Part shown: positions 59,600 through 64,000 of the stretch, piece by piece | How positions within the stretch are numbered: position 1 is the first letter of the stretch | How the letters are laid out: every line of letters begins with the position of its first letter | Assembly (NCBI GenBank): GCA_037447605.1 | Contig: CM074811.1 | Coordinates: 310,001-374,000 of the forward strand | Direction of reading: 5' to 3' | Length of the DNA stretch: 64,000 bases | From: Zygnema circumcarinatum SAG 698-1b | Taxonomy: Eukaryota; Plantae; Zygnematophyceae | Notes under the pieces: generated by a model | Databases searched by the model: none | Told to the model about the DNA's origin: nothing | The model's input: only the letters and a program-made list of their open reading frames with translations | Program-made: the position numbers and the translations under genes

Positions 59600-60112
59600 A
59601 AGGGAGACAATGCTAGTAGTAGTTCCTTAATACTTTGCAATAGGTTCTTGTGTGTGTCTTCGTAGAGAGTGGAAAGATTGGAAGCGGGCGGCATCCCATG
59701 TTCGTTGGATAGCATGAGATGGTTTATCGTACTTTTCTTTGATCTTTTCGGACCTATGGCATAAGAAATGTATGCCATTGGTTCGTTATAACATGAGTTC
59801 CACTCTTGGTGTATTGTCTTGATATTGCCTTGGTGTAAGGTATTGTTAACCCAAACGGTCAAACGTGGAATCTACCATCCATTTTGCACGACTCCACAGT
59901 CAGGAGAGGCCGATGCTCTCGGTTGCGAGTAGGCAACTTTCCTCTTTTTCGTTTTTTTTACGTTTTTTGCATATTGAACACTCGAACTCACCCAAACTTT
60001 CACACAAAACAACTCAACTTTCTCGCAAGCACTATCTGATTTTGGGAGAGCTACTCTGTAATGTGACATTGATGTAGAGAAAGTGATCGACTTACATTGA
60101 GATGTAATCCCA

Positions 60113-60412
60113 TCAAGGGACGTCCTGTTTCTGAGCTCCCTTCGCTACATCCCCTCCTAACCCCAAGACCTTTTTCCTCCTCTCCAATGACACCAAGTAG
60201 TCTTCAATAGAAGGCAGTCCATAGGACTTCACATCCGTAGCGTTGTCACGAATTAGCTGCATCACAAAAGCCTCCTTACACCAACATGACGACACGCTGA
60301 TTGTACCAAACTGTTACATCACCCCATTCATATTGATGCAATAAGTGCATCAATATGAATGGGATGCCATCAAATGCACACATCAGCTACTCTTAAACCA
60401 TGCACAACAGTT

Positions 60413-60494
<82 letters not shown>

Positions 60495-63400
60495 CTCTCC
60501 TCAGTCACAAGTTCCTCTCTCTTCCTGTGCGAGTCATCTCACCTTTGAGGCCCATCTTCTCTCTGTCTGTTCGCATACATCGCGTATGTCCCGCCCTGAC
60601 ATCCTGAGCTCCCACATCATCAAGGGGGAAGGAAATTGAGTCACATAGATAAGAACAAACCTTTTAAAAGACCTCAACATCAAGGAACAAAAAGGATACT
60701 CTGCCCTCTCCTTCTCCTCACCTCCCTCTCTCACTTTTCCTCTCCCTCCTTTACCTTTCTCTACCTCTCTCTCCCTCTCTCTTCCTCCACCTTACCCTTA
60801 GCCCGTTTACTTCTACCCCTTCTCATCTTCTTTTCCCTTCTAAACCGCCCAGAAGAAATGCATTTCATTTCAAACCTAACAATGAATTTCAAAATTAAAT
60901 TGTTGCCGTCTTACCCCACTGAACGGGATGCAAATTTTGACAAGTCTTCTGTGCTCAAATGTGCGGCATACTGCCCAGCAATTTCCTCTCTCGTCTTCTC
61001 GTCGGGCAGCTCAAAGAATATTGCTGTGTCGAACCGGCTGTTGCATCTCCCCCAGACAGCAAAACAAAATAAAAGAATGGGGAAAACAATAACAAAAGTA
61101 AAGAAAGAGACACGAAACGCATGCATATTTTAAAAAATAAAAAATTTAAAAACTGCTTCTTTCTTCAGCCGTCGTCCCGTGGCAGAGCGCTATACTAAAT
61201 CTGAATAGCACACGGTCCACGAAAAGAGTACCTCACAAGCGCAGGATCCAAATCTTGCTTCCGATTGGTCGCCGCAATTACAACTAATTTCGAGTCTCGC
61301 TCGAACCCATCCATCTGCACATGCACAACCCAATTAGGGTTTCCAAAAATTAGGGCTTCTGTGAACTTTAGGGTTCAAGGTTAGGATTAAAACACCCTTT
61401 GAAGCATATGAACCTTTCATTTCTCTCAAAGCCTAAAAGAGGGCAGCCTGTGATAAGAAGGTTCTTTTCAATTTGATAATGTTATATATATAGGGGAGTA
61501 ATCAGCTCACCTGTCGCAAAAGAACGGATAAAATTCTACGAGTGGCTTCATGCATATCTCCACTGCGAACCGTAGCCAAAGCATCGATCTAAAAGAAATA
61601 AAAAAAGTAAGAGAGAAAGGGAGGATGGACGAAATTGAATTATATTCTAGTGAAAACGTGAAAAAAGAAAGGACAAAAACCAAAACTTCACACTTTTCAC
61701 GAAAAGCAGGAAATGCACATAATCTATCTGTACAAGTAGGAACAGCAGCTAGACACCAGTGAGAGGGAGGAGAGGAGATGTGTCTGTGTGTGAGAGAGAG
61801 AGAGAGAGAGCGCAATAGAGAGAGGTATGCGAAGGGACGAGAGGGAGATGGGAGAGGGGGAGGGAGGGGGAGGGGGAGAAGGAGAGAAGAAGAGGGAAGA
61901 GAGGAGTGGGGAGAGCAGGGAGGGAAGATGGTTAAGTAGTGAGAGCATGGAGGGAGAGAATTGCCCTTCAAAGGAGCCAAGATAGAAAGGGTTCATTTCC
62001 CGGACGTTTCCTTCACCTCGTCGAGGAATACGATTGCGCCAGATGGCAAATTTTTACCGGCCGAGAACACAGACGAGAGGGACCGCTCCGCCTCTCCGTA
62101 GTACTTGGATGCGATCGCTTCCAAGGGAACATATAGGAGAGGGACTCCCTGTGGGAGGGAGGGAGAGAGGGAGAGAGAGAGAGAGAAGAAGAAGAAGAAG
62201 AGAGAGAGAAGAAGAGAGAGAGAGAGAGAGAGAAGAAGAAGAAGAAGAGAGAGAGAGAGAGAGAGAGAGAAGAAGAAGAGAAGAAGAAGAGAGAGAGAAG
62301 AAGAAGAAGAAGAAGAAGAAGAAGAGAAGAAGAAGAAGAAGAAGAAGAGAGAGAGAGAGAGAGAGTGAGAGAGACAGAGGCAGAGACAGAGGAGAGAGGG
62401 TGTATAGGGTAAGCCAGAGGGTCTTATATAGGCCCCAGGAAGGGCCCGTGAACAAGGTATGTATGGTGATGCAAACTCCCACTCCCAACTCCCTCCTCCC
62501 CTCTACTCTCCCCCTCTCTCTCCCTCTCTCCCCTTCTTCCCTCTTCTCTTTTCTCTCATCTGCTCCCTCGTCTCTCCACGCCCCTCTCCCCTCTCCACTC
62601 GCCTCTCCCCTCTCCCCACTCCCTCTAAAAGGATAAAATGATCTCTCCCCCCCCTATTCCCCCGCATCCTCTCTTTACTTTTTTTCAGATTTCCACTTTT
62701 TAAGTTAGGGTTATAGCAGGGGACTGCTTACTGCTTGGCTGGCAATCACACGAGCACATGAAGTTTTCCCTGTGCCTGCCCGTAAAAGCGAAAAGTGAGA
62801 CCAGAAAAGTTAATGTTTTTGTTTTGAAAAAGACAGCTTAAGTTCCACCTTCTTCAGATTTACACGAAAATTAATGTTTTTTAGGGTTCAATATAGAGAT
62901 TGACCAATTTAAAAAAAAAAAAAACAAACATATTGATTAATAATTTAGTATCAAATTACAGAGGTAACCCCACATTACCTGGTGGACCTTCAAAAAGGAC
63001 CGCTCTCGGTCGATTTGATTCAAAAATTTTCCGCGTTCCATGTGCGATGTAGTCGTAAATTTCCGGTTTCCGTAACGCCAACAAAACGGTATCTTCTATT
63101 TCCCTGTTAAACGGAAAAAACTCGCTCATGAAAGAAAAACGATTCTTCTAGTGCATTAAGGATTTGAATTGAAAGCCCAAAAGTGAAGAAAGAATACGAC
63201 TTTAGAAATCAGGAATCAACCACGACTTCTAAAAAATCAATGACACGAAACAAAGCAAAAAAAACCAAGTTCTCTTCTTCCATTACCTCTTCCTCTACTC
63301 CTCACTTCCTCTCCTTCACCTCTCCCTTTATCCCTCCCTTCGTTGTTTCTCCTTGTGCCACTTACTCCCTCCCTTCCACCTCTGCCACTCTCCTTCCGTT

Positions 63401-64000
63401 CTCTCCGTCCTCTCTCCCCCTTTTCACTCTCCCTCCACCTCCCCCTCTCCCTCTCTCCATTTCCATACCTCTTTTGCTCGTCGTATCCGGCAAGACTTTC
63501 CCATGTGAGAGAGGAAGCCTTGAATTCCTCTCTCCCTTCCTCCTCTCCTCCGTACACTTTCACTCCCATCTCTTTCAGCTCCTTCAACGCTTTCACTCTT
63601 TTCGACTTCTTCGTTGCATCTTCAATCATTTTGTTTTCTCTCTCTCTCGCTATCTCTCTCTGTATGTCTTCCACTCTCTCTCTCCCACGAAACTCCCTCT
63701 TTTCGTCCTCCCTTCTCCCTCTCCAAGTGGGTCCTCCATTCTGCTCTGAGGGCTCACTCTGCATCCCCCCTCTCCTCTCTCCTATGTTCGGAGGATTGTG
63801 AGAGAGGATGAGAGAATGAGCGATAGCATCAAGTTCGTGGGAAGTGAATTGTCCCTTTTTCAAAAATTCTATTTCCTGCAATGGCGCTCCTCTCGCACAG
63901 CAGTCCACCATCAACAGATAAAACAAACTTTGCATTTCTTTTCCTGGAAGAGGTATACTGTTATTGAAAAGCACGATAGTTTTTGAACTTGTTCAAGAAT
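60113..64000 (-). CDS. AAA+ ATPase (single AAA domain, resembling At4g04180); 5' exons lie beyond the window, first visible exon starts at 63875
   Basis: WESLAGYDEQK|REIEDTVLLALRKPEIYDYIAHGTRKIFESNRPRAVLFEGPP|GTGKTSCARVIA (Walker A); IVFLDE|IDAL (Walker B); MHEATRRILSVLLRQ|MDGFE..VVIAATNRKQDLDPALV|SRFD (SRH); MSGRDIRDVCE. Confidence 0.93.

Overview
Eukaryotic, intron-rich, gene-dense nuclear DNA from a streptophyte. The proteins are land-plant-like and TTTAGGG telo-boxes are present. The extreme GA/CT microsatellite load in introns suggests a streptophyte alga such as a zygnematophyte, but that is inference. I can reconstruct 15 spliced or intronless protein genes by hand: an unknown coiled-coil gene (probably 5' partial), an F-box/LRR protein, a J-domain membrane protein, a PAM2+2xRRM CID protein, a plastid USP-like protein, CP12, COG8, a class II O-methyltransferase, a secreted/membrane C2H2-like protein, SURNod19, KDSA, a YidD-like protein, acetyl-CoA synthetase and a partial AAA+ ATPase are the 14 I list; any further gene is only a weak candidate reported under findings. 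Most long ORFs in the supplied track are artefacts of GA/CT repeats. I found no tRNA, rRNA or CRISPR. The best second-look items are: (1) a young Mutator-like element (89-bp TIRs, perfect 9-bp TSD, transposase remnant) nested in an older MITE-like element upstream of the O-methyltransferase; (2) the O-methyltransferase itself, which looks bacterial-type, has 4 introns and sits behind a CCGTAC (SBP-box) cluster; (3) SURNod19 carrying a complete PHM/DBH-type two-copper ligand set and bracketed by telomere-like arrays; (4) a 180-bp intergenic foldback; (5) a 71-bp dispersed repeat; (6) a symmetric CCAAT/G-box palindrome midway between two divergent genes. I cannot demonstrate a wholly new biological system from the sequence alone. 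All family assignments come from recalled motifs, not from database searches.
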